DNA of 64,000 bases, taken from Mobula hypostoma (taxonomy: Eukaryota). The stretch covers positions 78,928,001-78,992,000 of the forward strand of contig NC_086108.1 in NCBI RefSeq assembly GCF_963921235.1, read 5' to 3'. Below the pieces are notes generated by a model that saw nothing but the letters and a program-made list of their open reading frames with translations, was not told the origin of the DNA and ran no database searches. This document shows positions 25,230 through 38,523 of this stretch, one piece after another. A program made the position numbers and the translations under genes. The first letter of the stretch is position 1. Every line of letters starts with the position of its first letter.

Positions 25230-27804
25230 GGGGAGGGGGTAGGTAGGGGGATGACCTAACAGAGGAAGTCACAGGTTTGGATCTCAGACACCAAGTTTAA
25301 CTCGGTGACTCGGAAGGAAAGGGAGAAGAGGGTGGTGATAGGAGATATGTTAGTTAGGGGGACGGACTGGAGTTTCTATGGGCGAGAATGAGATTCCCAG
25401 ATGCCAGGATCCGGGATATCTCGGATTGAGTCCTCAGCATTCTTAAGTGGGAGGGTGAGCAGCCAGAAGTCATGGTCAATGACATGGGTAAGACAAGTGA
25501 TGAGGTTCTGCATCGGGAGTTCAGGGAGTTAGATGCTAAGTTAAAGGGCAGAACCTCCAGGGTTGTGATCTCAGGACTGCTACCCATGCCATGTGCTAGT
25601 GAGGCCAGAAATAGGAAGGTTATACAGTATAATATGTGGTTGAGGAGTTGGTGTAGGAGGGCAGGCATAAGAATTTTGGATCATTGGGCTCTCTTCCAGG
25701 GAAAATGGGATCTGTACCGAAGGGAGGGTTTTCACCTGAACTGGAGGGGACTAATATTCTAATGGGAAGACTTGTTAATGGTGCATGGTGGGTTTTAAAG
25801 TAGAGCTGCAGAAGGAAAGGAACCAGGGTGCTAGAACGTTTAGTGGAGTGATTCTGGAGGCAGATGTTGATAAGACCTCAGACAAAATTAGGAATCAAAA
25901 GGTTGAGCATGGTGTGACGAGAGTTCTGAGCTGCATATATGTCAATGCAAGAAGTATTGTAGGAAAGGCGTATAATAGTGCTGAAGGTGAAGTAGCTGGT
26001 TTACAAACACAGGCTATGGTACTGAAGAGAGGTTGTTGATAGGGCAAAATTGCAGTCAGCAGGATGAGTTGCAATATTAAAGGTGGACAAAACCGAAAAT
26101 GGTGAATACAGGTCTGAATATGAACTGTATATGGAATGAGATAGATGAACTGCACCACAGTTACAAGCTGGCATGTATGATGTTGTTGGGCTCACTGAAT
26201 CATGGCTGAAAGAATATTATGTCCAAGGATACACACTGTATCGAAAGGTCCGGTAGGAAGGCAGAGGGGGCGGTATTGCTCTGTTGGTTAGAAATGAAAC
26301 CAAATCATTGGAAGTAGGTGACATTGGGTCAGAAGGTGTTGAATCATTGTGGATGGAGCCAAGGAACTGCCAGGGTAAAACAACCCAGAAGAGAGTAGCA
26401 TACAGACGCCCAAACAGTGGTAAAGATGTAGCCTACAAATTACAATGTGAGGTAGAAAATGCATGCTGAAAGGGCAATGTTACAATGGTCATGGGAGACT
26501 GCAATATGCAGGTTGATTGGGTAAATCAGGTTGGTGCTGGATTCCAGGAGGGGGAATTTCAAGAGTGCCTATGAGATGGCTTTTTAGAGCAGCTTGTGGT
26601 TGAGCCCGCTAGAAGATCAGTTATTCTGGTTTGGGTGTTGAGCAATGAACTGGAATTGATTAGAGAGCTTAAGGTAATAAAAACTCTTAAAGGAAAGTGA
26701 TCATAATATGATCAAATTCACCCTGAAATTTGAGAAGGAGAAGCTAAGTCAGATATATCAATAATACAGTGGAGTAAAAGGAGTTACAGAGGCATAAGAG
26801 AGGGGTTGGCCAGAATTGATTGGCACTGATGACAGCAGAGTAGCAATTGTTGACATTTCTGGAAGCAATTTGGAAGGCACAGGATATATACATCCTAAAG
26901 AGGAAGAAGTATTCTAAAGGAAAGCTGACACAACCGTGGCTACCAAGAGAAGTCAAAGCCAGCATAAAAGCCAAAGAGAGGGCTTATAATAGAGCAAAAA
27001 TTAATAGGAAGTTAGAGGATAGGGAAGCTTTTGAAAACCAACAGAAGGCAACCATAAAAGTAATTAAGAAGGTAAAGATGGAATATGAAAGTAAGTTAGC
27101 CAATTATATTAAAGAGGGTACCAAAAGTTTCTTCAGATACATAAAGTGTAAAAGAGAGGCAAGAGTGGGTATCAGACCACCAGAAAGTGATGCTGGAGAG
27201 GTAGTAATGAGGGTCAATGAAATGGCAGATGAACTGAATAAGTATTTTGCATCAGTCTTCACTGTGGAAGACACTAGCAGTATGGTGGAAGTTCCAAGTG
27301 TCAAGGGTCATGAAGTATGTGAAGTTACCATAACTATAGAGAAGGTTCTTGGGAAACTCAAAGGTATGAAGGTAGATTAGATAAATCACCAGGACTAGAA
27401 GGTGTACACCCCTTGGTTCTGAAAGAGGTGAATTAAAGAGATTGTGGAGGTATTAGTAATGATCTTTCAAGAATCACTAGATTCTGGAATGGTTCCAGAA
27501 GACCAAAAAATTGCAAATGTCACTCTACTCTTCAAGAAGGGAGAGAGGCAGAAAAAGAAAACTGTAGGGCAGTTAGTCTGACCTCAGTGGTTGGGAAGGT
27601 TTTGGAGTCAATTCTTAAGGATGAGCTCTTAGGTTTCTTGGAAGCACATGATAAAATAGGCCAAAGCCAGCATGGTTTCCCCAGGGGAAATCTTGCCTGA
27701 CAAATCTGTTGGAATTCTTTGAGGAAATAACAAGCAGGATAGACAAAGGAGAATCAGCTGATGTTATGTACTTGAATATTCAGAAGGCCAAGGTGCCACA
27801 CATG
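25230..27804 (+). mobile_element. degraded CR1 (esterase ORF1 and ORF2 remnants)
   Basis: ORF 25472..25762 is homologous to the ORF1 at 7891; ORF 26847..27380 contains NKYFASVFT. Confidence 0.85.
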
Positions 27805-28055
27805 AGACCATAAGACCATAAGACAAAGGAGCAGAAGTAGGCCATTCGGCCCATCAAGTCTGCTCCGCCATTTTATCATGAGCTGATCCATTCTCTTATT
27901 TAGTCCCACTCCCCCGCCTTCTCACCATAACCTTTGATGCCCTGGCTATTCAGATACCTATCAATCTCTGCCTTAAATACACCCAATGACTTGGCCTCCA
28001 CTGCTGCCCGTGGCAACAAATTCCATAGATTCACCACCCTCTGACTAAAAAAAAC
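27805..28055 (-). mobile_element. CR1 3' end
   Basis: (AGACCATA)n tail and CR1 3' UTR. Confidence 0.75.
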
Positions 28056-28499
28056 TATATACAATGAGGTATACCTGTGTATGTACAGGTGGACTTGATA
28101 TATAATAGAGTAAAATTCAAGTGTTCATAAGACTGATGGCATACAGAAAGAAACTGTTCTTGTACCTATTTGTCCTGGCATACAGTGATCTAAAGTGCCT
28201 ACCAGAAGGAAGGAGTTGGAACAGGTGATGTCCAGGGTGTGGTGGGTCTACAATGATGCTGCTTGCTTGCTTCCTGACTCTAGATGCATATAAGTCCTGG
28301 ATTGAGAGCAGCTTCACACCAATAATCCTTTCCACAGCCCTGACAGTTCTTTGGAGTCTATTCTTGTCGTTTGGTAGCTGATCCAAACCAGACAGTGATG
28401 GACGAACAGAGAACAGACTGGGTTATTCCTGAATAGAATCGAATCAGCAGCTCCAGAGGCAGGTTGCACTTCCTGAGTTGACGTAGGAAATTCAAATCC

Positions 28500-29814
28500 T
28501 CAATTCAGAAAATTTTTTGATCTTAATCAATTCGGGTTAGCGATTCCTATTTTAGGTAACATATTTTTTCCTCCCTCTTTTACGGATCGCGCTTTTCAAA
28601 CTTGGAAGACTAAGGGTATTTTACGGTTTTTGGATTTATTTTTAGATGGTTCCCTTATGTCTTTTGAACAATTATCTAATAAATATAACTTATCAAGAAT
28701 ACATTTTTTTAGATATTTACAAGTTAGAAATTTCCTAAGTACTATACTTTCTTCCTTTCCAATGCTTCCTCCTACATATATTTTAGATTCGATAATTAAC
28801 CTTAATCCATGTCAGAAAGGTGCATCGGCTATGATTTATAATATTATTATGAAACTTAGGAAAGCTCCATTTGATAAGATTAGGGTAGATTGGGAACAGG
28901 AATTGGGGCTTACCATTTCTGTGGATGATTGGGGGCAGATTTTACAATTAGTTAATACTTCCTCTATTTGTGCTAAACATTCCCTAATTCAATTTAAAGT
29001 GGTTCATAGAGCACATATGTCCAAAGATAAGTTAGCGCGTTTTTACTCGCATATTAATCCTTTCTGTGATAGATGTTCGGGGCAGATAGCCTCTTTAACT
29101 CATATGTTTTGGTCTTGCCCTACTTTGGAAACTTTTTGGAGAGATATTTTCAATATTATTTCTAAGGTATTAAATATAGATATCTCTCCTCACCCTATTA
29201 CTGCTATCTTTGGACTACCTAAAATTTCTAGTAATCTTTCCCCTTCAGCCCGTAGAATGATTGCATTTCTTACTTTAATGGCGAAAAGATGTATTTTACA
29301 ACATTGGAAAGAGCTTAATGCTCCAACTACCTTTTTTTGGTTTTCTCAGACGATTTTATGTTTGAATTTGGAGAAAATTAGAAGTAACCTTTATGATTCT
29401 TCATTTAAATTTGAACAGATTTGGGGACCTTTTATTCGATATTTTCATTTAATGTAATATTTACCCTTCTTGTTTTTTTTTCACTGTTTTTAATGGAGGT
29501 CGGGATTGAGGACGTGATTTTAAGTTTAACTTTGTTTGGTTTCAAGTTAGCCCATTGCTTTGCTTTGCTTTTAGTTAGCTGCACGGTGGGTTTTTTTTGG
29601 GGGGTTTTTTTTCTTTTTTTTTCCATTGATATATATAAAATTTAGTATACTATTATGTTATCTTGGTTTCTTATGTTTAAATTACATTGTTTGTAGTATT
29701 TTTTTTGGTATTGATATCTTTTGGAATTTTATTATACTTTAACATTGTATTAATGTTTATATGGCTTACCTTTTTTGTATACTTACTCAATAAAAAGATT
29801 TAAAAAGAAGGAAA
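28500..29814 (+). mobile_element. L1-clade LINE, 5'-truncated, young
   Basis: Frame open from 28501 to 29457 with an L1 C-terminal CDRC..HMFWSC motif; T-rich 3' UTR, AATAAA and an A-rich tail; 15-bp TSD AGGAAATTCAAATCC. Flanked by minus-strand Rex1 remnants (28060-28490, 29820-30300). Confidence 0.9.
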
Positions 29815-30492
29815 AGGAAATTCAAATCCACAGATGAATCCTTAGACACGCCCCATTCCACCGACTCTAAGCAATTCTGTAGCCACTCCACTACCTCCGG
29901 TGACCACCTCTTTGTTGTCCTTATCTCTGGAGCTTTGTTCTTTATCCTCTGCCTGTATGCAGGTAGGAGAAGGACAGCCATGTGATCCAATTATCCGAAA
30001 TGCAGTCTGGGCATGGAACAGTAGGTATTCCGTATCTTACTATAAAGTGGTTCACTGTGTTGGGATCTCTGGTGCAACAGATTATATGCTGGTGGTAATT
30101 GGGCAGGATTTTCTTCGAGTAAATCTGTTTGAAGTCCCTGACTATGATTTGAAATGTGTCAAGATGTGTCTTGTTTGGATTTGGCATCATGCGGTATCTT
30201 GAGCACTTGGTTATAGTCAGCCGCTGGTGGTACCTAAACAGGATTATGGAAGAGAACTCCCTAAGTAAACAGAACAGACAGACACAAGTTCATCAAAACC
30301 CTAATATTGGAGCATTGGATTAGGGATGCCAAGTGCTGATTAGTCCACATGTTAATATACACACCCTTGTTACTCAAGCATGTTTTTTTGGTGACCTCAA
30401 AAACATTGATATTTGCTTGCTTAGCAAAAATAATGCCGCTGAAAGTAAAGGGAAGCTCTCTTGTCTATCAGTTATCAGAGATCGTTATTACC

Positions 30493-30685
30493 AACTCGAG
30501 CAACACACACAAAATGCTTGAGGAACTCAATCAGGTCAAGCAGCATCTGTGGAAATGGTGAAGGGTCTCCATCCAAAATGGTGACTGCTTATTGGTTTCC
30601 ATAAATGCTACCTGACCTTCTGAATTCCTCTGGCATTTTGTGTGTGTTGCACTGGATTGCCAGCATCTGCAGAATTGTATTTATG
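30493..30685. mobile_element. degenerate Penelope-terminus fold-back
   Basis: Inverted arms gcaacacacacaaaatgc...gcattttgtgtgtgttgc; 9-bp direct repeat GTTATTACC. Confidence 0.7.
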
Positions 30686-32584
30686 GTTATTACCTTGTGC
30701 TGCAAAATCTGTTTACTACATCATCCTATGCATGAACAAAATTCAAAACTAGTTGTTTGACTGCTTCATTATGTGACAAGTTACAAATGGAAGTGAATAT
30801 TGTTGAAAGTTGAACCAACATTCTCACTTCTGAACTTATAATGCAGGAAAGGTTGCTAATGGATTAGTTGAAGGTGTTTGAGCCCTGAGGAACTCCAGTA
30901 GTTGTGCCCTTTAGCTAGATAATTGATTCCTCCACTAACCACGGGTGGCTTGCTTTGTGATAAGAATAATTCCCGGCAGTGGGAAGTTTACCCCTCAATT
31001 TTCAATCACTAAAGCAGATTTTCTCAGGATTGTTGATAATGTTCAGTCAAATAACATCTTAATTTCAAGTCTGAACAAAGGCTATAATGAAGGCTCGGGA
31101 GACTGCAATTCCAGGAATCTGAAAGAAAACATATAGCTCTGGAGAAATTTAGCAGGTCCAATGAAGCCTGCAGGTTCGTAGTCCAGATAGAACCAAAATG
31201 AAGGACAATCGTGTTGAGCAAGTACAGCTTGATGAAAGTTATCATTAGCAGTGCTATTTCTTTGCTGAAAAATGACAGTAGGTTGATATGATAGCAATGA
31301 GCTGCATTGTATGTTTCTTGTATTCCTTTTTTTTTGCGTAAATGATCAGTTTAATAGATCCCAGGGTATTTGCCACTGTTGCCTGAACTGGAACTGGCTG
31401 GCCAGATCCACAGCTGCATTTGGAGCACGTCTAAATACAGGATGTTGTCTTTTGTGTATTAAGCACCTGTACATATTTCTACTGATTAAAATTGTATAAA
31501 CTCTGCAATCTGTGATACCTCGTCTCAGGAAATGCCAATGATGTGACTGAAAATAAATACAAATGCTTTAAGCCTACTTTATCAATATTTTGGGCTACCT
31601 CCTCCCACAATTTGCTTAGATGCCCACCACAAGATAGGCTACAGAGCTTGAATAGATCTATTGCTTGTAGAATTGCTTAAACTTCAGCTTTGGCGGTCCA
31701 TGAGCATCCTCGTCGAAGGATCAGAGTCAGCAACTTTAAATTCCTCAGTGTTTTTATTTCAGAGGACCTGTTGTGGACCCAGCACATTGGTGCAATTATA
31801 AAGAAAACATGGCACTACCTCTACCTGCTATGGAATTTGCAAAGGTTCTGTGTGACATCTAAACTTTGACAGACCTCTATAGATGTGCAGTGGAGAGTAT
31901 ATTGACTGACTGCATCATGGAGAATCAAAGGAGCATGCCAGGAGCAGCAGCTCAGATAAAATGCTAAAACTATTCTGAATATAACCAGATTCATAATGAT
32001 GGTGTCATACAGATGAAGGATATCTTGGTGAAAACTCCCTACTGAATTCTGACAAGTATTTCTAGCTTTGCTTCTAATTTAGATAACACGATATATGCCT
32101 TCTGCCCACCCATACCCCGTCATTTAACCTGCCTCTTTTCGTAATGCAGCCTCTGCCTTCCTCTTTGAATGATCAGTCATAGATAAATCCCACTCAATTT
32201 ATTAAAAAAAGATTGCAAATACAGTGGCTGTGGTGCAAACGCTCGGCTATGCAAACACACAAAAAATGATAGCATAGATAACAAGTCCTTGTGAATGTTT
32301 TATTGCCTTCCTGAATTTTACAATCAACTCACTTCAAGCTAATCTACCTTCAACTTGTTAAACAGAGTTGAACCACTTTTCCTTGGAGTCGTTATTTCCC
32401 ACAGGAGTATCTGTTAAAGGTTATGAATCTTGTTCAGATGTTTGCCAATGGTTATTTATCTCCTTACATTTAAGTGATGTTCCAGCATACCGTAGGCCAA
32501 CATATCTTCAATATCCATGTGTTTGTTTTTAAAGCAATGGTTTCAACTTGCATTAAATAAGCCTGTTTCCTTTTTTTCCTTTCC

Positions 32585-34700
32585 AGAATCAGAATCAGGT
32601 TTAACAACACCGGCATATGTCATGAAACTTGTTGTCTTTGCAGCAGCAGTACATTGAAATACATAATAGAAAAAACATGAATGACAGTAAGTATAGGTAT
32701 AACTTAAATTAGCGCTAAAATAAAAAATAGTGAGGTAGTGTTCATGGGTTCAATGCCCATTCAGAAATTGGACTGCAGAGGGGAGGAAGCTGTTCCCGAC
32801 TTTTACAGTATGTGCCTTCGTGTGCCTGTACCTCCATCCAGATGGATAGCAATGAGAACAGGGCATGACCTGGGTGATGGGGGTCCTTAATGATGGATGT
32901 TGCCTTTTTGAGGCATTGGTCCTTGAAGGTGTCCTGGATACTATGGAAGCTAGTGCCCAAGATGGAGCTGACTAAGTTTTCAACTCTCTGCATGTTATTT
33001 AGATCCTGTGCAGTATCCACCCCACACTCCCCATACTGGACAAGATATTTGTGAGCGTCTTTGGTGACAAACCAAATCTTCTCAAACTCCTAATGAAATA
33101 TAGCTGCTGCCGTGCCTTCCTTGTAGCTACATCGATATGTTGAGTCCAGGATGGATCCTCAGAGATGTTGACACCCAGGAACTTGAAATTGCTCTCCCTT
33201 TCCACTTCTGATCCCTCTACAAAGACTGGTGTGTCTTCCCTTGTCTTCCCTTGTCTTACCCTTTCTGAAGTCCACAATCAGTTCTTTGGTCTTACTGATG
33301 TTGAGTGCTCGGTTGCTGCTGCGAAACCACTCAACTAGCTGGCATTTCTCACTCCTGTACTCGCTGTCATTACCATCTGAAGTTCTGCCAACAAGAATTG
33401 TATTGTCAGCAAATTTATAGATGGCATTTGAGCAGTACCTAGCCAAACAGCCATGTGTGTACAGAGGTTAGAGCAGTGGGCTAAGCACAGATCCCTGAGG
33501 TGCACCAGTGCTGATAGTCAGCAAGGTGGAGATGTTATTTCTGATCCACATAGATTGTCGTCTTCTGGTTAGGAAGTCAAGGATCCAGTAGCAGAGTCAG
33601 GTACAGAAGCCCGGGTTCTGGAGTTTTTTTGATCATAACTTAAGGAATGATTGTGTTAAACACTGAGCTATAGTCAATAAACAGCATCCTGACTTGGATA
33701 TTTGTATTGTCCAGGTGGTCGAAGGCCACATGGAGCCAATGTGATCGCATCTGCTGTAGACCTATTATGACGATAGGCAAATTGCAGTGTGTTCAGATCC
33801 TTACTGAGACAGGAATTAATTCTAGTCATAACCAACCTCCTTAAGCACTTCATCACCGTAGATATGAGTGCTCCTGTTGTCCTTAAGTCAGCTCACCCTG
33901 CTCCTCTTGGGCACTGGTATAATTGATTATGATGATTATGATTACTACGATTATGAGGACACGCAGTCCCCTTTTATTGTCATTTAGTAATGCATGCATT
34001 AAGAAACGATAAAAATGTTTTTCCAGAATGTTATCACGAAAACACATGACAAACCGACTTAAAAACTAACAAAAACCACTAATTATAACATATAGTTACA
34101 ACAGTGCAAAGCAATACTGTAATTTGATAAGAACAGACCATGGCACAGTAAAAATCTCAAAGTCTCTCAAAAGTCCCAACATCTCACGTAGACGGTAAAC
34201 CTCCAGCACCGCCAACTTGCTGATGCAGCATCCCGGAAGCATTCAACCACAGTCTGACTCAGAGTCCGTCTGAAAACTCCAAGCCTCTGACCACCTCTTT
34301 GACACCGAGCACCAAACACCATCTCTGCCGAGCGTTTTGACCCCGACCCCGGCAACAGGCGATACACAAACCAAGGATTTGGGGCCTTCGTCTCTGGAGA
34401 TTCTCGATTGCACAGTAGCAGCGGCAGCGAAGCAGGCATTTCAGAAGTTACTCCAGATGTTCCTCTGCGCTTCTCACAGCTGTCCCCATCAAATTCGGAT
34501 CGTGCCCGGCACCCCCAGTTACACATATCGATATTCATTCAGAACGGCCGCACGTGTTGTGTCGCACCATCTTCTCCTCCCTCCATTGTTGCCCTTTTAG
34601 AGCTTCCACTTCCACCTGTATTAATGCGAGATTGAAAATGTCTTTGAACACCCCCACCAGCTGGTTGGCACGGATTTTCAGAGAACTACCAGGTCCTCCA
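32585..34700 (-). mobile_element. Rex1/Babar LINE remnant containing a nested element
   Basis: ORFs 33674..33856, 33159..33446 (KFADNT), 32999..33277 and 32742..33020; (TTCTGA)n tail. Confidence 0.85.
33926..34584 (-). mobile_element. non-autonomous LINE-derived (SINE-like) element, apparently full length
   Basis: 5' GGAGGGAGGAGAAGATGGTGCG, a CpG-rich body, AATAAA and an (ATAATC)n-like tail, with an ATTG duplication. No RT-like ORF. Confidence 0.65.
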
Positions 34701-34704
34701 TCGC

Positions 34705-36845
34705 GAAGTAGTTCACAAGACGCAGGATAGGTATGTCTTATAGAACAAGTAGTTCTCAAATGATAGGAGTAGGCAACCGTGGTTGACAAGGGAAGTTAAG
34801 GACTGCATAAAAGCCAAGGAAAGGGCATATAAGGTAGCAAAAGTCAGTGGAAAGTTGGATGATTGGGAAGCTTTTAAAATCCAATAAAAGGCAACTAAAA
34901 AAGCTGTAAGAAGGGAAGAGATGAAATATGAGGGCAGACAAGCCAATAATATAAAGCAGGATACCAAAAGTTCTTTTTCAGTGATATAAAGAATAAAATG
35001 GGGGTGAGAGTTGATATTGGACTACTGAAAAATGATGCTGGTGAGGTTGTAACGGGGGACAAAGAAATGGCAGATGAACTTAATGAGTACTTTGCATCTG
35101 TCTTCACTGTGGAAGACACCAGTAGCGTGCCAGTGGTTGGTGAGTGTCAGGGAGCAGGAGTGAGTGCCACTGCAATTGCTATTACAAAGGAAAAAGTACT
35201 AGGCAAACTGAAAGGCCTTAAGGTGGATAAGTCACCTGGGCCAGATGGACTACGTCCCAGAGTCCTGACAGAGCTTGCTGAAGAGATAACAGATGCATCG
35301 GTCACAATCTTTCAAGAATCATTTGATTCTGGCATGGTCCTGGAGGACTGGAAGATTGCAAATGTTATACTACTCTTCAAGAAGGGAGGAAGGGAAAAGA
35401 AAGGAAATTATGGGGCAGTTAGCCTACACTTAGCATTGGAGGGTTGGAAAGTGTTGGAGTCTATTATTAAGGATGGAGTTTCGAGGTACTTGGAGACTAA
35501 TGATAAAATAAGTCAAAGTCAGCATGGTTTCTGTAAAGGGAAATCTTGCCTGATAACTGCATTAGAGTTCTTTGAGGAGGTAACAAGCAGGGTGGACAAA
35601 GGAGAAGCAGTGAATGCTATTTACTTGGATTTTCAGAAGGTGTTTGATAAGGTTCCATGCAGGAGGCTGATTAACAAGATGAAATTCTATGGCATTACAG
35701 AAAATATACTGGCATGGATAGTGGAATGGCTGACAGACAGGAGGGAGTGAATGGGAAGAAAAGGGGCCTTTTCTGGTTGTCTGCCAGTGACTAGTGGTGT
35801 TCCTCAGGGATCAGTATTGGGACCAGTACTTTTCACATTGTTTGTCAAATGTTGGCAATTATTTAAAAAGAAAAAGAATATAAAAAGAAGGAGATAATGT
35901 TGAACTTTTTTAAGACACTAGAACACTAGACTTGGAGTATTGTCAATAGTTTTGGGCCCCATATCTCAGAAAGGAAGTGATGTCATTGGGGAGAGTCCAG
36001 AGGAGGTACACGAAGATGGTTCTGGGAACAAAGGGATTAACATATGAGGAATGTATAAGATGATGAGAGGCAATGATCGTGTGGATAGTCAGAGGCTTTT
36101 TCCCAGGGCTGAAATGGCTGCCACAAGAAAGCACAGGTTTAACGTGCTTGGGAGTAGATACAGAGGAGATATCAGGGGTAAGTTTTTTTACGCAGAGAGT
36201 GGTGAGTACATGGAATGGGCTGCTGGTGGCGGTGGTGGAGGCGGATATGATAGGGTCTTTTAAGAGACTTTTGGAGAGGTACGTGGAGCTTCGGGAAATA
36301 GAGGGCTATGGGTAACCCTAGTAATTTCTAAGATAGGGACATGTTTGGCACAACTTTGTGGGCCGAAGGGCCTGTATTGTGCTGTAGGGTTTCTATGTTT
36401 CTATGAGTGTTTGGCAGCTTTAGGTCTGTACTCACCGAAATTTAGAAGAATGTTGGGGGCGGGGAAGAGGGAATCTCAATGAAACCTACCAAATGTTGAA
36501 AGGACTAAACAGGGTGGATGTGGAGAGGATGTTTCCTATGGTGGGGGTATCCAGAACTAGCCTCAAAATTGAGGGACAAGCTTTTAGAACAGAGGTAAAG
36601 TGGGATTTTTTAGCCAGAGAATAGTAAACGTGTGGAATGCTCTGCCACAGACTACAGTGGAGGCCAAGTCCATGTATATATTTAAGGCGTAAGTTGATCA
36701 TTTCCTGATCAGTCAGGACATCAAAGGCTATGGTGAGACGGCAGGTGTACGGGGTTGAGTGGGATCCGGGATCAGCCATGATGGAATGGCGTAGCAGACT
36801 CAATGGGCTGAATGGCCTAATTCTGCTCCTATGTCTTATGGCCTG
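34705..36845 (+). mobile_element. CR1 remnant with a younger CR1 3' end nested at about 36051-36403
   Basis: ORF 34998..35750 (QHGF, YLDFQKVFDKV) and two CR1 3' UTR/tail sequences. Confidence 0.85.
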
Positions 36846-38487
36846 TCTCCCTGCATAAAATGTGTTGAGCTCGAAAGGGAGTGAAGCATTACTAACATTC
36901 ATGATGTTCAGGTTCGCTTTGCAGGAAATAACGTCCTGGAAACCCTGCCAGAGTTGACGTGCATCCAGTTCCACCCCCATCCTCATTTGGAATTGTTCCT
37001 TTGCTCTTGAGATAGTCCTCCCCAAGCCATACCTGGTTTTCTTGTACAGACCTAGAATTTGAATGCCACAGCCAATGATGAACTTCCTAGCTCATCCACA
37101 GCTTTTGATATGTGTACGTACAGTATGTTCTCATAGTGAACAGCTGTGGCATACACACTCAGACTCGAAGATGAATCCTGAATACAGTCCAGCCTATCTG
37201 TTCAGAGCAATCCCGTAAGCACACCTGTGCCTCCCCTGACCATACCTTCTTGTTCCTTGCTATTGGTGCTGCAGTCTTCAGTCTCTGAGTCCATACTTGG
37301 GGATTAGAAGTACAACCAAATGATGAGCCTTCCGAGAGTGTCGGTGTGGGATAGCATGGTAAGTGCTCTTGATGATGGTGTAACAGTGATCCAGTGTGTT
37401 GTCCCTCTTTAAGATCGCCATCTTCAATACTTTCTATGAGCTCATTCCCAAATGCTCTTACTGCAAATTTTGCCAAGTCCAACAGAAGATTAATAATCAC
37501 CCATCTTATCCTCATTATATGTATCTCCAATTTTCCGACTTCCACAGAGCTGACACTATTAAGGAGCCTATAAACAGTCAACATTTATTTGTTTTTTCAA
37601 GATCATGGGTTAGCTTGTGTGCAAAAAGCCATCTAGCATGAAGGATTCACTCTTTGTACTCCAAGCATTGCTAACTGTGTTTATTTGGTTGAGTCCATTC
37701 TCAGTTTTTGACGCAAGATCGGAGAGAATGTTGGTAATTAATGAGCATTGTATTGCATGGAAGGGAGGACAGTAGGCTGATGAAGAGTGTGAAGTGCATT
37801 TTCTGAGCATTGAATGGACTCATGGAACTTGGGCTGTGATGTCAACCTCCCAAATTACCTCCCCCAATTCCTCTTATGCACTGCCAACTGACTTATGAGA
37901 GCAAACAAACCCTACCGCTGTAGAGTGAGGAAAGATATCAGTAAGTCTCGAACCTTATTGAAAACCACCTGGAAGAACTGCTGAACAAAATTGAACAGCA
38001 TTTTCCCTCCCTTTCAAATAAGTGTATGACTGGGTCAGGGATCCTTTCTCTGAATCTCCTGCTCAGCCTGAGATCTTGACTTTGAGAGAAGAGAGGGAAC
38101 TTTATGAGCTGCAGTCCGATCATGCACTCAAGTTGAGATTTACTGACCTGCCCCTGGTCAAGTTCTGGATTTTTATGAAAGGAGAGTATCCTGCCATTCA
38201 TAGGAAAGCAATGAACATTTTGCTGTAGTCTTCAACTTCTTACATGTATGAGCAAGCTTTTTCTTGTGTTACAATCATCAAGAGCATGGCTAAAAATCAT
38301 TTCATTTCAGTTGAAGGTGAATTCCATGTGTGCTTATCTCAAGTTCAACCCAGAATCGACTAATTGCGCAGCAAAAACAAGCACAGGTTTCATCTGCTAG
38401 GCCTATATTTGAGCCTGATCTTGTCGCGAAAGCATTTTTTCAAAGTCTTGTATAAAATTGTGTTAATTTATTCATAGGAAGAGGCGC

Positions 38488-38523
38488 AGTCGACGTTTCA
38501 GGCCGAGACCCTTCGTCAGGACT
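38488..38523 (-). ncRNA. minimal type I hammerhead ribozyme (Penelope pLTR)
   Basis: AGTC-CTGACGA-AGG GTCTCGG CCT-GAAAC-GTC^-GACT: an intact core with stem I AGTC/GACT. Confidence 0.8.

Noticed and set aside
30945..31499. Overlapping short ORFs as a possible exon or pseudogene
   Set aside because: No recognisable protein or consistent splice sites; the adjacent 30800-30950 looks like a decayed LINE.
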